A DNA stretch of 64,000 nucleotides from Thermoanaerobaculia bacterium (GCA_035490435.1 DATHEF010000044.1:67571-131570), one strand, 5' to 3'; numbered from the stretch's first letter, positions 28,679 to 38,724 are shown. Numbers and translations are program-made. The notes: generated by a model from the sequence alone, not told the origin.

Positions 28679-29033
28679 TGGTGGAGGTGGTGGGAGTCGA
28701 ACCCACGTCCGAGAAACGCGTATCAGGAGCATCTACGTGTGTATCCCTCTATTCTAAGTCTCACCACCGTGCTCTGGAAGAAGGCCAACCTGGCACGGCA
28801 GCCAGCCTTGCTTTATATCAGGATGCGTCACAAGGCCTCCGCACCCATTGATCCGCTTTAGCGTCGTTCCGGTGGGCGCCGCGAATCAAGGCCCACCATC
28901 GGAACGTCACGAGCCCTTTTTAGGCCGCGAGGGCGAAGTTATCGTTCGCAGTTATTTTTCCAGTGTTACGAGCGGAAGCTCGACACGCCGCCCACTGCTC
29001 CGCTTTGTTCCCCGTCGAAACCGGTACACCCCC
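28679..29033 (-). ncRNA. ssrA: Transfer-messenger RNA (tmRNA); tag reading frame GCG AAC GAU AAC UUC GCC CUC GCG GCC UAA = ANDNFALAA, encoded at 28920..28949
   Basis: 5' end GGGGGUGUACCGGUUUCGACGGGG, 3' end GGGUUCGACUCCCACCACCUCCACCA, canonical tag. Confidence 0.88.
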
Positions 29034-29512
29034 AAATTGCCAAAGAACCGTACTGCCTGCAGCAGTATAAACCAGGATGGGGCTAAGGAGATTCCCTCCG
29101 AGCTTGCCGTGCCTCAGGAAGTCCTTGAGACGCCTCGCCGGGAGCTTGCGTGAGCGCGGTCAAGCCTGATCGCCGGGCGCCGGGTCTATCACGAGACGTC
29201 ACAAGGTTGGACGGGTGCCAAACAAGCGAGGCGTGAACCGCCTCACGCTTGCCTCCTCTCTGCCCAGGCTTAAAATCGGTCGCCGCGAGCTTGGCGTGCG
29301 ACGTTCCGGGCTCGACGCTGAGCGCCCCGAGCTTGAACGCGCCGGCGTAAGCCTCCTCGTCCTCGTCTCAAGCTTGAATCCTGCGTGAAATCCCTGGCGT
29401 GAAGCGAGAGATCCTCGGTAAGGTCCGCCTCAAGCCTGCCCGGAGCGCCGCGAAGCTCGATGCGTCACGTCTCAGGCTTGGCCGTGCCGCCGCAAGCTCG
29501 CCGCGTGACGTC

Positions 29513-29965
29513 TCAAGCGCCTTCGGGAACGTCTTCGCGCGCCGCTACGGCTTCCAGGAACTCGTCCGGGCCGCTGGTGCGCAGGCGTGAGATCACCAGG
29601 AACCAGCCGCCGAGGGCGATCAGGGCGCCGAAGGGGGCCACCTGCAGCAGGCCGGGAAAGAAGGGCCAGAAAACGGTGAGCAGGCCGCCCGCGGTGGCGA
29701 GGAGGAGGATCACCACAGCCTGGGTCTGGACGTGATAGATCGCCGTCTCCGGCCGGAAGATCAGCCGCGAGCCCCCCTCGGCCGGCAGGATCTCGATGTC
29801 GCCGCTGACGAGGCCCCGGCGGAGCCCCGCGAGAACCGGAAGGTGAAGCTTCACAACCGCGCCGTCCTCCTGGAGCTCGGCCCCCAGGTTCTCGGCCGTC
29901 CGCCGAAGGGACGAGAGGGCCTCCGCCGGAGGGACGTCCATGTCGATCGCGTGCTCCACCACCAT
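29513..29965 (-). CDS. Hypothetical small membrane protein downstream of dus
   Basis: 150 aa, C-terminal TMs; no recognisable family. Confidence 0.45.
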   Translation of the reverse strand: MVVEHAIDMDVPPAEALSSLRRTAENLGAELQEDGAVVKLHLPVLAGLRRGLVSGDIEILPAEGGSRLIFRPETAIYHVQTQAVVILLLATAGGLLTVFWPFFPGLLQVAPFGALIALGGWFLVISRLRTSGPDEFLEAVAAREDVPEGA

Positions 29966-29970
29966 GGGGA

Positions 29971-30957
29971 TCAGGCAGCGGCTTCCTCGACGAGGATCTC
30001 GCCGAGGAACGCCTCGACCGTGGCGAGGAAGGTCGGGACGTCGGGAATCTGGTTGATCGCCTGGCGCAGCTTGCGGCCGTTGGGCAGGCCGTGGGTGTAC
30101 CAGCCGGTGAACTTCCGCAGCTTGTGGAGCGCGAACAGGGAGTCTTCCCGCTCGGCCACCATGCGGAAGTGCTCGAGGATCAGGTCGCGGCGGTCGGCGA
30201 GGGTCGCCTCACCCATCTGGCTCCCCTCCAGGCGGGCCGCGATCTGCCGGAAGATCCAGGGGTTGCGGGTGGCGCCGCGGCCGACCATGACGCCGTCGCA
30301 GCCGGTCTCGGCCAGCATGCGCAGGGCGTCCTCGGGCTCCTTGATGTCGCCGTTGCCGATCACCGGGATCGCGAGGGTCTCCTTGAGCCGGGCGAGATGG
30401 CTCCAGTCGGCCTCGCCGGAGAACATCTGGCGGGCGGTGCGGGCGTGCATCGCGACGGCGGCGACGCCGTTGGCCTCGCAGATCTTCCCCAGCTCGAGGT
30501 AGTTGCGGCGGCAGTCGTCGAGGCCGAGCCGGAACTTGACGGTCAGCGGGATCGTGATGGCGTCGCGCACGGTGCGGACGGTCGACTCGGCGAGCTTCAA
30601 GTCCCCCATCAGGGCGGCGCCCGCGCACCCCTTGAGCACCTTGTTGGCCGGGCACCCCATGTTGATGTCGCAGATGTCGGCCCCGAGCTCTTCGACGACC
30701 AGGGCGGCCTCGCGCATGGTGGCCACGTCGGAGCCGTAGATCTGGATCGAGAGTGGCCGCTCCTCGGCGCTGAAGTGCATCATCTCGCGCGTCCGCTTGT
30801 TGCCGCTGACGATCGCCTTCGAGGAGATGAACTCCATCGTCACCACGCCGATGCCGCCGATCCGCCGCACGATCAGGCGGAAGTCGCGGTCGGTCACCCC
30901 GGCCATGGGCGCGAGCCAGAGCGGCGGGTCGATGCGGAGGGAGCCGATCTCGATCAT
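29971..30957 (-). CDS. dusB: tRNA-dihydrouridine synthase (DusB-like)
   Basis: FMN-binding TIM barrel motifs LAPMAGVTD, INMGCP, catalytic Cys; ATG at 30957. Confidence 0.88.
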   Translation of the reverse strand: MIEIGSLRIDPPLWLAPMAGVTDRDFRLIVRRIGGIGVVTMEFISSKAIVSGNKRTREMMHFSAEERPLSIQIYGSDVATMREAALVVEELGADICDINMGCPANKVLKGCAGAALMGDLKLAESTVRTVRDAITIPLTVKFRLGLDDCRRNYLELGKICEANGVAAVAMHARTARQMFSGEADWSHLARLKETLAIPVIGNGDIKEPEDALRMLAETGCDGVMVGRGATRNPWIFRQIAARLEGSQMGEATLADRRDLILEHFRMVAEREDSLFALHKLRKFTGWYTHGLPNGRKLRQAINQIPDVPTFLATVEAFLGEILVEEAAA

Positions 30958-31074
30958 AAGACGGGGATTGTAACCCGTGGCAGGGCTTGGGGATTCCGGG
31001 AGGAGAGCGCGCTGAAACCGACAACGCCCCACCGGCGGGACCGGCAGGGCGTGGCTATCGAGACGGGAAGCGGC

Positions 31075-31281
31075 TCAGGAGATCTTGACGACGTTCTTGG
31101 CCTGCAGACCCTTCGGGCCCTCGACCACGTCGAAGCTGACGCGATCGCCTTCGGCCAGGGTACGGAACCCCTCGGCGATGATCGAGGCGTGGTGGACGAA
31201 GACGTCCGCGCCGCGCTCCCGCACGATGAATCCATAGCCCTTGGCGTCGTTGAACCACTTCACGGTACCTTGCTCAGACAT
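31075..31281 (-). CDS. cspA: Cold-shock protein (CspA family)
   Basis: 68 aa; RNP1 KGYGFI and RNP2 VFVHH motifs; long 5' leader upstream. Confidence 0.93.
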   Translation of the reverse strand: MSEQGTVKWFNDAKGYGFIVRERGADVFVHHASIIAEGFRTLAEGDRVSFDVVEGPKGLQAKNVVKIS

Positions 31282-31707
31282 ACGTTTGCTCCTTGCAACA
31301 TGAAACAGGGTTGTTGTTCTTGCCGCGGTTTAGACGGCATCCTCCACCCCACAAGGGGGCCAAATCATTTGCTTCAATCGAGAAGCTCCGGCCGGCTCTC
31401 TCCTCTACGGACGACCCCGATGGGATCTGGCGTTGCATGGCTGCAAGGAGTGCGCTTCGGGAGCGTGTCGCGCTCGGTTCGCTGTCCGGGTCTGCTGAAT
31501 CCTCTCGCTCTCTACTTTGGAGTCCGGGCGATCCGCGTCGTATCTGGCAAGGTATGCACCTGAGTCGGTTGCTGCGGGGGAATGTGTCTATGGCAGGGCA
31601 ATCTTCGTGAAACCGCTACCAACCTTTTCTGTGTGCCACTCGGTATTTCCGAAGACTATGGCATCTCCGCGGACAGAAATCAAGAGGACGCCATCCGGTA
31701 AGATCCG

Positions 31708-32367
31708 GTGATGTCGACGCGCATTCCAAGAAAGCTCGATGCCGTGGAGGTCCGGGTGCTCGGCTCGCTTCTGGAGAAGGAGCAGACGAACCCTGAGACC
31801 GTGCCGATGACCATCAACGCCCTGATCGCCGCCTGCAACCAGAAGACCAATCGCGAGCCGGTGATGCAGCTCACCGAGAACCAGGTGGTCACCGCCCTCG
31901 ACTGGATGCGGCAGGAGGTGCTCGCCTGGCGCTCGGAGGGGGCGCGCACGGAGCGCTGGCAGCAGAGCGTGGTGCGCCGCTGGGGGCTGGACCGCGCGGG
32001 CAAGGCGCTGATCACGCTCCTGCTGCTGCGCGGTCCGCAGACGGCGGGCGAGCTGCGCACCCGCAGCGAGCGCCTCCACCCCTTCGCCTCGCTGGAGGAG
32101 ACCGAAGAGGCGCTGCGCCGCCTGGCCGCGGACGACGAGCCGCTGGTGATGGAGCTCCCCCGCCGGCCCGGCCAGAAGGAGGCGCGCTGGACTCATCTGG
32201 TGGGCGAGGCGTCCCCGGAGCCCGAGAGCGAGGAGATCTTCGAGGCCGCCGCCGATCCGTCCGCGCTCCCCCGGCCGGGCCTCGCCTCGCGGGTGCAGCA
32301 TCTGGAGGAGATCGTCGAGCGGCTGGCGGCGGAGCTGGAGGAGCTGAAGCAGCAGTTGGGGGTCTAG
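31708..32367 (+). CDS. yceH: YceH/DUF480 family protein
   Basis: N-terminal LDAVEVRVLGSLLEKEQTNPETVPMTINAL signature. Confidence 0.8.
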   Translation: MMSTRIPRKLDAVEVRVLGSLLEKEQTNPETVPMTINALIAACNQKTNREPVMQLTENQVVTALDWMRQEVLAWRSEGARTERWQQSVVRRWGLDRAGKALITLLLLRGPQTAGELRTRSERLHPFASLEETEEALRRLAADDEPLVMELPRRPGQKEARWTHLVGEASPEPESEEIFEAAADPSALPRPGLASRVQHLEEIVERLAAELEELKQQLGV

Positions 32368-33416
32368 GTCACTTCGATCCGCGCCGGACCTTCCAGCACC
32401 TCGCCGACATCGGCCGCCTGATGGCCGCTGGCGAGCAGCGCGGCGAGGAGCCCGGGGGCGTTCCCGGCGGGCACCGCGAGGAGGAGCCCCCCCGAGGTCT
32501 GGGGATCGAAGAGCACCTCGCGCCGGATGCGGTCGAGCTTGGCGTAGTCGCTGAGGACGGCGCTCACATTCTCCTCGTTGGCCACGGTGCAGCCGGTGGT
32601 CACCCCCGCCTTGATCAGCCGGTAGATCTCCGCGTGGACCGGCAGCCGTTCGAAGATGAAGCGGACCGCGACCTGCGAAGCCCTGGCCATGCCCAGCGCG
32701 TGGCCGGTCAGGCCGAAGCCGGTGACGTCGGTGGCGGCATGGGCGCCGTGCTCGAGGGCCAGCCGGCTCGCCACGTCGTTCAGCCGCTCCATCTCGAGCA
32801 GGGCGGGCTCGAGGCCGTCCTCGTCGATCTTGTCGGCCTTGAAGGCGTTAATCAGGATGCCGGTGCCGAGCGGCTTGGTGAGCAGCAACCGGTCTCCCAC
32901 CCGCGCTCCGGCGTTGGTGAGCAGGCGCTCGGGATCGGCCTCGCCGATGACCGACAGGCCGAACTTCAGCTCGGGGTCGCGCACCGAGTGGCCACCGAGC
33001 AGCACGGCGCCGGCGTCGAACAGGGCCTCGGCGGCGCCGCGCAGGACCCCCGCGAGCGCCTTGTCCCCCTCCTCGTCCACCTCGGGAAAGCAGCAGAGAT
33101 TGAGGGCGAAGAGCGGGCGGCCGCCCATGGCATAGACGTCCGAGAGGGCGTTGGCGGCGGCGACGCGGCCGAAGCGGTGCGGATCGTCGCAGACCGGGGT
33201 GATGAAGTCGGCGGTGGCGACCAGGGCGCGGTCGCCGAGGAGGTAGACGCCGGCGTCGTCGCCGGTCTCCGCGCCGACGAGGATCCTCTCATCCCGTCCG
33301 AAGAGCCGGACGAGCGGAGAGATCATCGTTGAAAGGTCCCCCGGACCTATCTTGGCCGCTCAGCCGCCGGTGGTCGCGCAGGCGGTGAGGCGGAACTTGC
33401 GCCGGAACAGTGCCAT
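32364..33416 (-). CDS. selD: Selenide, water dikinase SelD; probable selenoprotein with in-frame UGA (Sec) at 33360..33362
   Basis: AIR-synthase-like fold. Track ORF starts at Met 33326, but reading upstream in frame gives MALFRRKFRLTACATTGG-U-AAKIGPGDLSTMISP..., aligning with E. coli [26 protein letters not shown] (U at catalytic Cys17). Hairpin GGUCCGGGGGACC 12 nt downstream of UGA. Confidence 0.75.
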
Positions 33417-33506
33417 GGCGGGGGATTGTATCTGTATCTGAAAACCCCGGATCTGAAACACCCTTCCGCTATCCTGCGTAAATCGAAAAGACGACAGGAG
33501 AAATCC

Positions 33507-35006
33507 ATGACCTTTCGGAAGTCTTTGAAGCCCGTCCTTCTCGCCCTGACCCTCGCGACGGCCGCGCTCCCCGCCATTGCCAAGCCGGCTCCGAAGCCGG
33601 CGGCCCACCCTCTCCACGCCAAGCTCAAGCCTTGCCAGGTGCCCGGGGAGAAGGGCAAGGTCGCCGCCCGCTGCGGCCTTTACGAGGTCTGGGAGAACCG
33701 GGCGGCGAAGTCCGGCCGCAAGATCCGCCTGAAGGTCGTCCTCCTCCCCGCCCGGTCGTCGACGCCGAAGTCGGACCCGGTGTTCATCTTCGGCGGCGGT
33801 CCGGGCGAGGCGATCGCCGCGGAAGCGGGTTATTTCGCGGACCACCCGTTGCGCCGCGACCGTGACCTCCTCTTCGTGGACCAGCGCGGCACGGGGGAGC
33901 CCGACAAGCTGGCCTGCGAGCTCGGCGGCCACCAGGAAGACCTCCAGAGCTACCTCGGAGAGATGTTCCCTGTCGCCGCCGTCCGCGAATGCCGCGAACG
34001 CCTGGCGAAGACGCACGACCTGACGCTCTACACCACCGACATGGCGATCGACGATTTCGACGACGCGCGGGCTTGGCTGGGCTACGGCAGGATCAACCTC
34101 TGGGGCGGGTCCTACGGCACGCGGGCGGCCCAGGTTTTTCTGCGCCGCCATCCGGGGTCGGTGCGCTCCGTGGTCCTCGACGGCGCGGTGCCGATGGACG
34201 AGACGCTCCCCATCACCCACGCCGCCGCCGGCCAGCGCTCGCTCGACCTGCTCACCGAGTGGTGCGAGAAGGACGCGGCCTGCCACGGCGGGTTCCCGGA
34301 GTTCCGGCGGGAGTTCCAGGCGGTGATGGACCGGCTCCGGCGCGAGCCGGCGGCGGTGGAGGTCAAGCATCCGCGGACGGGCAAACCCGCCCGGGTGAAG
34401 GTTGCCTGGAACGTCGTGGCGGACGGCGTCCGCTGGGCGCTCTACTCTCCCGGGTCCAGCGCCCAGTTGCCGCTGATGATCCACCAGGCGGCCGCCGGCG
34501 ATTTCGCGCCGCTCGCCCAGGCGAGCGTCAACTCGCGCCTCGGCGCCATCGACGGGATCACCATGGGCCTGTTCTTCTCCGTCACCTGCGCCGAGGACAT
34601 CCCGTTCATCGATCCCGCCCAGGTGCCGGCGCGCACGGCCAACACCTTCCTCGGCGACTACCGGGTGGCGCAGCAGACGGCGGCCTGCGGCGTCTGGCCG
34701 CGCGCCCGGATCGAGCCGAGCCACCGCGAGCCGGTCGCCTCGGACCTGCCGGTCCTGGTGATCAACGGCGAGCGCGACCCGGTGACGCCCCCCGACTTCG
34801 GACCGCGGGTGACCCGCGCGATGACCCACGCGGTCCGCGTCGTCATCCCCTGGGGCAGCCATGGTGGCGAGGAACCGTGCCGGAATCAGCTCACGGTGAG
34901 CTTCATCGAGAAGGGCTCCGGCGACGGACTCGATCTCTCCTGCGTGGGTAAGATCCAGATGACGCCGTTCGTGCTGGAGCCGCCGAAGGAGAAGAAGGGG
35001 GTGTAG
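33507..35006 (+). CDS. Secreted alpha/beta-hydrolase (S33 tripeptidyl/prolyl aminopeptidase-like)
   Basis: Signal peptide from ATG 33507; nucleophile elbow GGSYGT; TAP-like C-terminal domain. Confidence 0.75.
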   Translation: MTFRKSLKPVLLALTLATAALPAIAKPAPKPAAHPLHAKLKPCQVPGEKGKVAARCGLYEVWENRAAKSGRKIRLKVVLLPARSSTPKSDPVFIFGGGPGEAIAAEAGYFADHPLRRDRDLLFVDQRGTGEPDKLACELGGHQEDLQSYLGEMFPVAAVRECRERLAKTHDLTLYTTDMAIDDFDDARAWLGYGRINLWGGSYGTRAAQVFLRRHPGSVRSVVLDGAVPMDETLPITHAAAGQRSLDLLTEWCEKDAACHGGFPEFRREFQAVMDRLRREPAAVEVKHPRTGKPARVKVAWNVVADGVRWALYSPGSSAQLPLMIHQAAAGDFAPLAQASVNSRLGAIDGITMGLFFSVTCAEDIPFIDPAQVPARTANTFLGDYRVAQQTAACGVWPRARIEPSHREPVASDLPVLVINGERDPVTPPDFGPRVTRAMTHAVRVVIPWGSHGGEEPCRNQLTVSFIEKGSGDGLDLSCVGKIQMTPFVLEPPKEKKGV

Positions 35007-35080
35007 GGTGCGCTGTGCGCACCTTCGGAGATGCTGGCGGTGCGCGTAGCGCACCCTACGGCAACTGGTAAGCTATTGCC

Positions 35081-35887
35081 ATGGCAGAGCAAACGGGTAC
35101 GGGCGGACGCCAGACGGCCCTGATCACCGGGGCGTCGGGCGGCATCGGGCTGGAGCTGGCGCGGCGGTTCGCGGCGGGCGGGTACGACCTGGTGCTGGTG
35201 GCGCGGAGCACGGCCAAGCTGGAGGAGCTGGCGGGCGAGCTGCGGAAGCACGGCGCCGCCGTCAGGGTGCTGGCGAAGGACCTCGCGAGGCCCGAGTCGC
35301 CCGAGGAGGTCTTCCAGGAGCTCGAGGCGGCGGAGATCGCGGTCGACGTGCTGGTCAACAACGCGGGGTTCGCGACCTACGGGCCGTTCGTCGAGATCGA
35401 TCTGGGCCGGGAGCTGGAGGAGCTGCAGCTCAACGTCGTCACCCTTACCCACCTCACCAAGAAGCTCCTCCCCGGCATGCTCGCCCGCCGCCGGGGCGGG
35501 GTGCTGAACCTGGCCTCCACGGCCGGCTTCCAGCCCGGGCCGCTGATGGCCGTCTACTACGCCACCAAGGCATACGTGATCTCCTTCTCCGAGGCGCTCG
35601 CCGAGGAGCTGAGCGGCACCGGCGTCACCGTCACGGCGCTCTGCCCGGGCCCGACCGCCACCGGCTTCCAGCGGCGGGCCGGCCTGGAGGCCTCGAAGCT
35701 CTTCTCAGGGATGCTGCAGGTGGCGGACGCCGCCGCCGTCGCCCGTGCCGGCTACGAGGGGTTCCGCGCCGGCAAGCGGATCGTCATCCCCGGCCTGATC
35801 AACAAGATAGGCGTGCAGTCGATCCGCATCTCCCCCCGCGCGCTCGCCACCAGGATGGTCAAGCGCATGCAGGAGCGCCGGCGCTGA
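35081..35887 (+). CDS. SDR-family short-chain dehydrogenase/reductase
   Basis: TGASGGIG cofactor motif, YxxxK region (YYATKAYV). Confidence 0.88.
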   Translation: MAEQTGTGGRQTALITGASGGIGLELARRFAAGGYDLVLVARSTAKLEELAGELRKHGAAVRVLAKDLARPESPEEVFQELEAAEIAVDVLVNNAGFATYGPFVEIDLGRELEELQLNVVTLTHLTKKLLPGMLARRRGGVLNLASTAGFQPGPLMAVYYATKAYVISFSEALAEELSGTGVTVTALCPGPTATGFQRRAGLEASKLFSGMLQVADAAAVARAGYEGFRAGKRIVIPGLINKIGVQSIRISPRALATRMVKRMQERRR

Positions 35888-35979
35888 TACGGAGACCCTG
35901 GTAATCCCGGAACGGTCGTGAGGCTGGTAAGCTCTGCCCCGCAGCTTCATCCATTCTGTATCCCAAAGGGGGGTCTTGC

Positions 35980-36681
35980 ATGTATCACAAGCTCTCGACG
36001 TCTCTGCTCGCCGAGTTCATCGGCACCTTCGCGCTGATCTTCATCGGCGCCGGCGCCGGGGCCTTAGGGGCCGGACTGGTCGGGGTTGCCCTGGCCCACG
36101 GTCTGGTGGTCCTGGGCTTCGCCTATGCCTACGGCCACATCTCGGGCACACACATCAATCCGGCGGTGACCCTGGGGGTCTGGGCGGCCGGCAAGATCGA
36201 CACCGCGCGCGCCGGCTCCTACATCGTCTTCCAGCTCGTCGGCGGCATCGTCGGCGCGCTGGCGCTGCGCTGGGTGCTCGGCGGCACGGGGACCGGCCTG
36301 GGGTTGACCCAGCTCGCCCGCGGCCTCGAGGTGAACGGCACGTCGATCACCATCACGCCGCTCATCGGCATGGTCCTCGAGGCGATCCTGACCTTTTTCC
36401 TGGTCAACGCGGTGCTGAACGCCGGCATCAGCGGCAAGGCGACGATACCCGGCGGCCTCGCGATCGGCCTGACGCTGACCTTCTGCATCCTGATGGGCGG
36501 CCCGCTGACCGGCGCCAGCCTCAACCCGGCCCGCAGCATCGGCCCCGCGCTCGCGACCGGCAACTTCGACAATCTCTGGGTCTACCTGATCGGGCCGGTC
36601 CTGGGCGGCATCCTCGCCGGCGTGCTCTACAAGTACATCTTCGAGGAGCGGGAGATCCACAAGGCGGCCCGGAAGAAGTAG
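35980..36681 (+). CDS. aqpZ: Aquaporin Z / MIP-family channel
   Basis: Two NPA boxes (HINPAVT, LNPARS), 6 TM. Confidence 0.9.
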   Translation: MYHKLSTSLLAEFIGTFALIFIGAGAGALGAGLVGVALAHGLVVLGFAYAYGHISGTHINPAVTLGVWAAGKIDTARAGSYIVFQLVGGIVGALALRWVLGGTGTGLGLTQLARGLEVNGTSITITPLIGMVLEAILTFFLVNAVLNAGISGKATIPGGLAIGLTLTFCILMGGPLTGASLNPARSIGPALATGNFDNLWVYLIGPVLGGILAGVLYKYIFEEREIHKAARKK

Positions 36682-36687
36682 GCTCGC

Positions 36688-36730
36688 CCGTGAACAGGGC
36701 CGCTCGCGCGGGGCGGCCCTGTTCCCTATA
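36688..36730 (+). terminator. GC hairpin terminator after aqpZ (GAACAGGGCCGC...GCGGCCCTGTTC)
   Basis: 12-bp perfect inverted repeat; weak T tract. Confidence 0.5.
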
Positions 36731-36738
36731 CTTCAACC

Positions 36739-37035
36739 ATGAGCGCTCCATTCGAGACCCTAGTCATCCCGCTATATAAGGACGAGCACGGCGTGATTCG
36801 GGTGGCTGGTACCTGGGTCACTCTGGACTCTGTAATCTATTCGTTTCAGGAAGGCTCGACGGCTGAACAGATTCTCGAGGATTACCCGAGCCTGGGATTG
36901 GCAGACGTCTATGCTGTGATCGGCTACTACCTCCGCCATCAGGAAGAGGTCGACGCCTACCTCAGAGAGCAGAGCCGGCAGGCCGAGGAAGTACGCCGGC
37001 AGGACGAAGCGAGATTCTACCGGCAGGGAATCTAA
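36739..37035 (+). CDS. DUF433 domain protein
   Basis: C-terminal half matches DUF433 (GTWVTLDSVIYSFQEGSTAEQILEDYPSLGLADVYAVIGYY); first gene of low-GC island. Confidence 0.75.
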   Translation: MSAPFETLVIPLYKDEHGVIRVAGTWVTLDSVIYSFQEGSTAEQILEDYPSLGLADVYAVIGYYLRHQEEVDAYLREQSRQAEEVRRQDEARFYRQGI

Positions 37036-37232
37036 GGTCTGCTGGCGCGCGGCTCGTCAAGGCCATCGAGTTCCTACTAATATGGAAACGCCCTAAAGTG
37101 AAGAGAACCTCGGGAGAAGCCCGTCTGCCTAACCCTCAGCTTCGAGGAGAGGGTGAGGGGGTTGCTACAGGTGAAGGTGGGGCCAAGCGGAGAGACACAG
37201 AAGAAACGCGCACCTCCGGCGGAAAGCCGGTG

Positions 37233-37826
37233 ATGCAAGAAGAATCAGGTGCGACCCCAACATACGTCCAACTAATGGAACTCTATAAGATAGCGGTCGA
37301 CGAGTACAGGTTCCAGGTGAACCTTAACGCACAGCGCTCACGTGACTATTTTGTCTTGAATTCGGCAATTATCGCCTCGGCGGTCGCGCTATTAGGCCAA
37401 AAAGCCAATATCTTGGCGGGATCGGTGTTTTCAGTGGGATTCCTGGTTGCTGTTATGACAGGGCTCGGGTTTCACACGCAGCACAACTATTATCGAGAGA
37501 CGCAGGCGACCAAGAGGCAATTGGAAAGCCGGCTGGGCATACAGGACGGCGTAGTGAAAACTACGCCGTCTGCTGGTAGCCTTCGTCGGCGAATCGGTAG
37601 CGTGACTCAGTTTAATTACAGTATAATTACTCTGCTCTGCTTGGTGAATATCCTGGGAGCGCTCTTTAGCTTCTCCATACTGCCCTTGCCAACCAAAAAG
37701 GCTCTGAAGGCTGCCGAGCCCACTATGAAGACTTCTCCGGCTTTAAAATCGCCACGGCTCCAGCCATCAGAATCTGCACCTCTCAAGCCCGTCAACCTGC
37801 CGGCTCCACGCGGATCCCGCCCCTAA
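37233..37826 (+). CDS. Hypothetical 3-TM membrane protein with short amphipathic N-terminal domain
   Basis: ATG at 37233 (MQEESG...); track GTG at 37098 adds a low-complexity Gly/Glu/Arg leader, likely non-coding; TMs at ~37390, 37430, 37620; ~50% GC. Confidence 0.55.
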   Translation: MQEESGATPTYVQLMELYKIAVDEYRFQVNLNAQRSRDYFVLNSAIIASAVALLGQKANILAGSVFSVGFLVAVMTGLGFHTQHNYYRETQATKRQLESRLGIQDGVVKTTPSAGSLRRRIGSVTQFNYSIITLLCLVNILGALFSFSILPLPTKKALKAAEPTMKTSPALKSPRLQPSESAPLKPVNLPAPRGSRP

Positions 37827-37844
37827 AGCGCGAGAGGGTCGCTG

Positions 37845-38375
37845 TCAGTCGGCTGCGGTTATGAGCCTGAGAGTCGAAAGATAGAAACGAAATAGGAAAC
37901 GGAACGTCTCGGTGAAGTCGCCCGGTGACCGGAGCATCCAGTCCTGAATCTTCGGTATGGGTTCGAATTGGAGACGTTCGATATGGTCTGGCTCGCCAAC
38001 AGCGACGATTGGAGCTGAGGTGAGGTAAAGGGTTATGAATTTCTTGGTGCCTTGGTCCAGCATGAACGCGCTTCCGAACTTAGTTAGCGGTGTTGTGACA
38101 CCGAGTTCTTCCTTTAGCCGTCTGACCGCCCCATCGAGGTATTGCTCTCCTGCGTTCAGGTACCCCGCAACCGAAGATCCCCACTTCAGGGGATTGCGGT
38201 CTCGATTCTTGCCAAGTTGTTGCAGTAATAGACAACCTTCGCTGTTGAAGGTAAAGATATGCACCACTCGGAATCCGGCCTGACGTTGAAAGACTTGGCC
38301 GCGGGGAATTTGGGCAATCGGCTTGTCGGCAGCATCCACCCAATCGATTAAAGAGGAACCGCTGGGTGCAGGCAT
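37845..38375 (-). CDS. NUDIX hydrolase
   Basis: Nudix box GYLNAGEQYLDGAVRRLKEELGV; AAGGGAG RBS 9 nt upstream of ATG; low GC. Confidence 0.8.
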   Translation of the reverse strand: MPAPSGSSLIDWVDAADKPIAQIPRGQVFQRQAGFRVVHIFTFNSEGCLLLQQLGKNRDRNPLKWGSSVAGYLNAGEQYLDGAVRRLKEELGVTTPLTKFGSAFMLDQGTKKFITLYLTSAPIVAVGEPDHIERLQFEPIPKIQDWMLRSPGDFTETFRFLFRFYLSTLRLITAAD

Positions 38376-38404
38376 CGTTATAGCTCCCTTCGGTCTTGGT
38401 GCAC

Positions 38405-38698
38405 CTACTTACCCCACGCTATGGACTGCTTCTCCGGCTCTTCGCTCTCAGGACGGGGGAAGCTATAAAGCTTGGCTCCTCCGCCTCGCCGTTCCTGAAG
38501 AAATGCCTCTTGGGTCAAACCTAGAGCACGGTGCTCTTCAGTATGGTGCTCTAGCCACTCTCGGACGATCCGACCGACCAGAGAATTTTCACTGGTCTCG
38601 AACCCAAGCTCTATGAGTTTCGCCAAGACCCATTTATCGTAGTGGGCGCTCCAACCCTGAATCTTTATCCCTCGGTCTTTCGCCCTACGATCAGCCAC
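38405..38698 (-). CDS. Putative ribbon-helix-helix (CopG/Arc-like) DNA-binding protein
   Basis: Beta-alpha-alpha pattern GIKIQGW / HYDKWVLAKLIELGF / ENSLVGRIVREWLEHH; GTG start abutting a perfect palindrome; no SD, so call is tentative. Confidence 0.45.
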   Translation of the reverse strand: MADRRAKDRGIKIQGWSAHYDKWVLAKLIELGFETSENSLVGRIVREWLEHHTEEHRALGLTQEAFLQERRGGGAKLYSFPRPESEEPEKQSIAWGK

Positions 38699-38724
38699 GT
38701 TGTTGATCGTATATGATCAACAAC
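38699..38724. promoter_or_regulatory. Perfect 10-bp inverted repeat GTTGTTGATC-GTATAT-GATCAACAAC immediately upstream of the RHH gene
   Basis: Read directly; candidate operator or hairpin. Confidence 0.5.

Noticed and set aside
29090-29530. Possible CRISPR array in the repeat-rich tract upstream of ssrA
   Set aside because: Repeats are short, degenerate and irregularly spaced; no cas genes or leader; does not fit repeat-spacer periodicity
37098-37232. GTG-initiated N-terminal extension of the 3-TM protein
   Set aside because: Encodes low-complexity GEGEGVATGEGG tract; internal ATG at 37233 gives a compact protein
38323-38616. 97-aa + strand ORF in the low-GC island
   Set aside because: Pro/Gly/Ala-rich, no family resemblance; the overlapping minus-strand ORF has a beta-alpha-alpha RHH-like pattern and sits in operon context with the NUDIX gene (still only moderate confidence)
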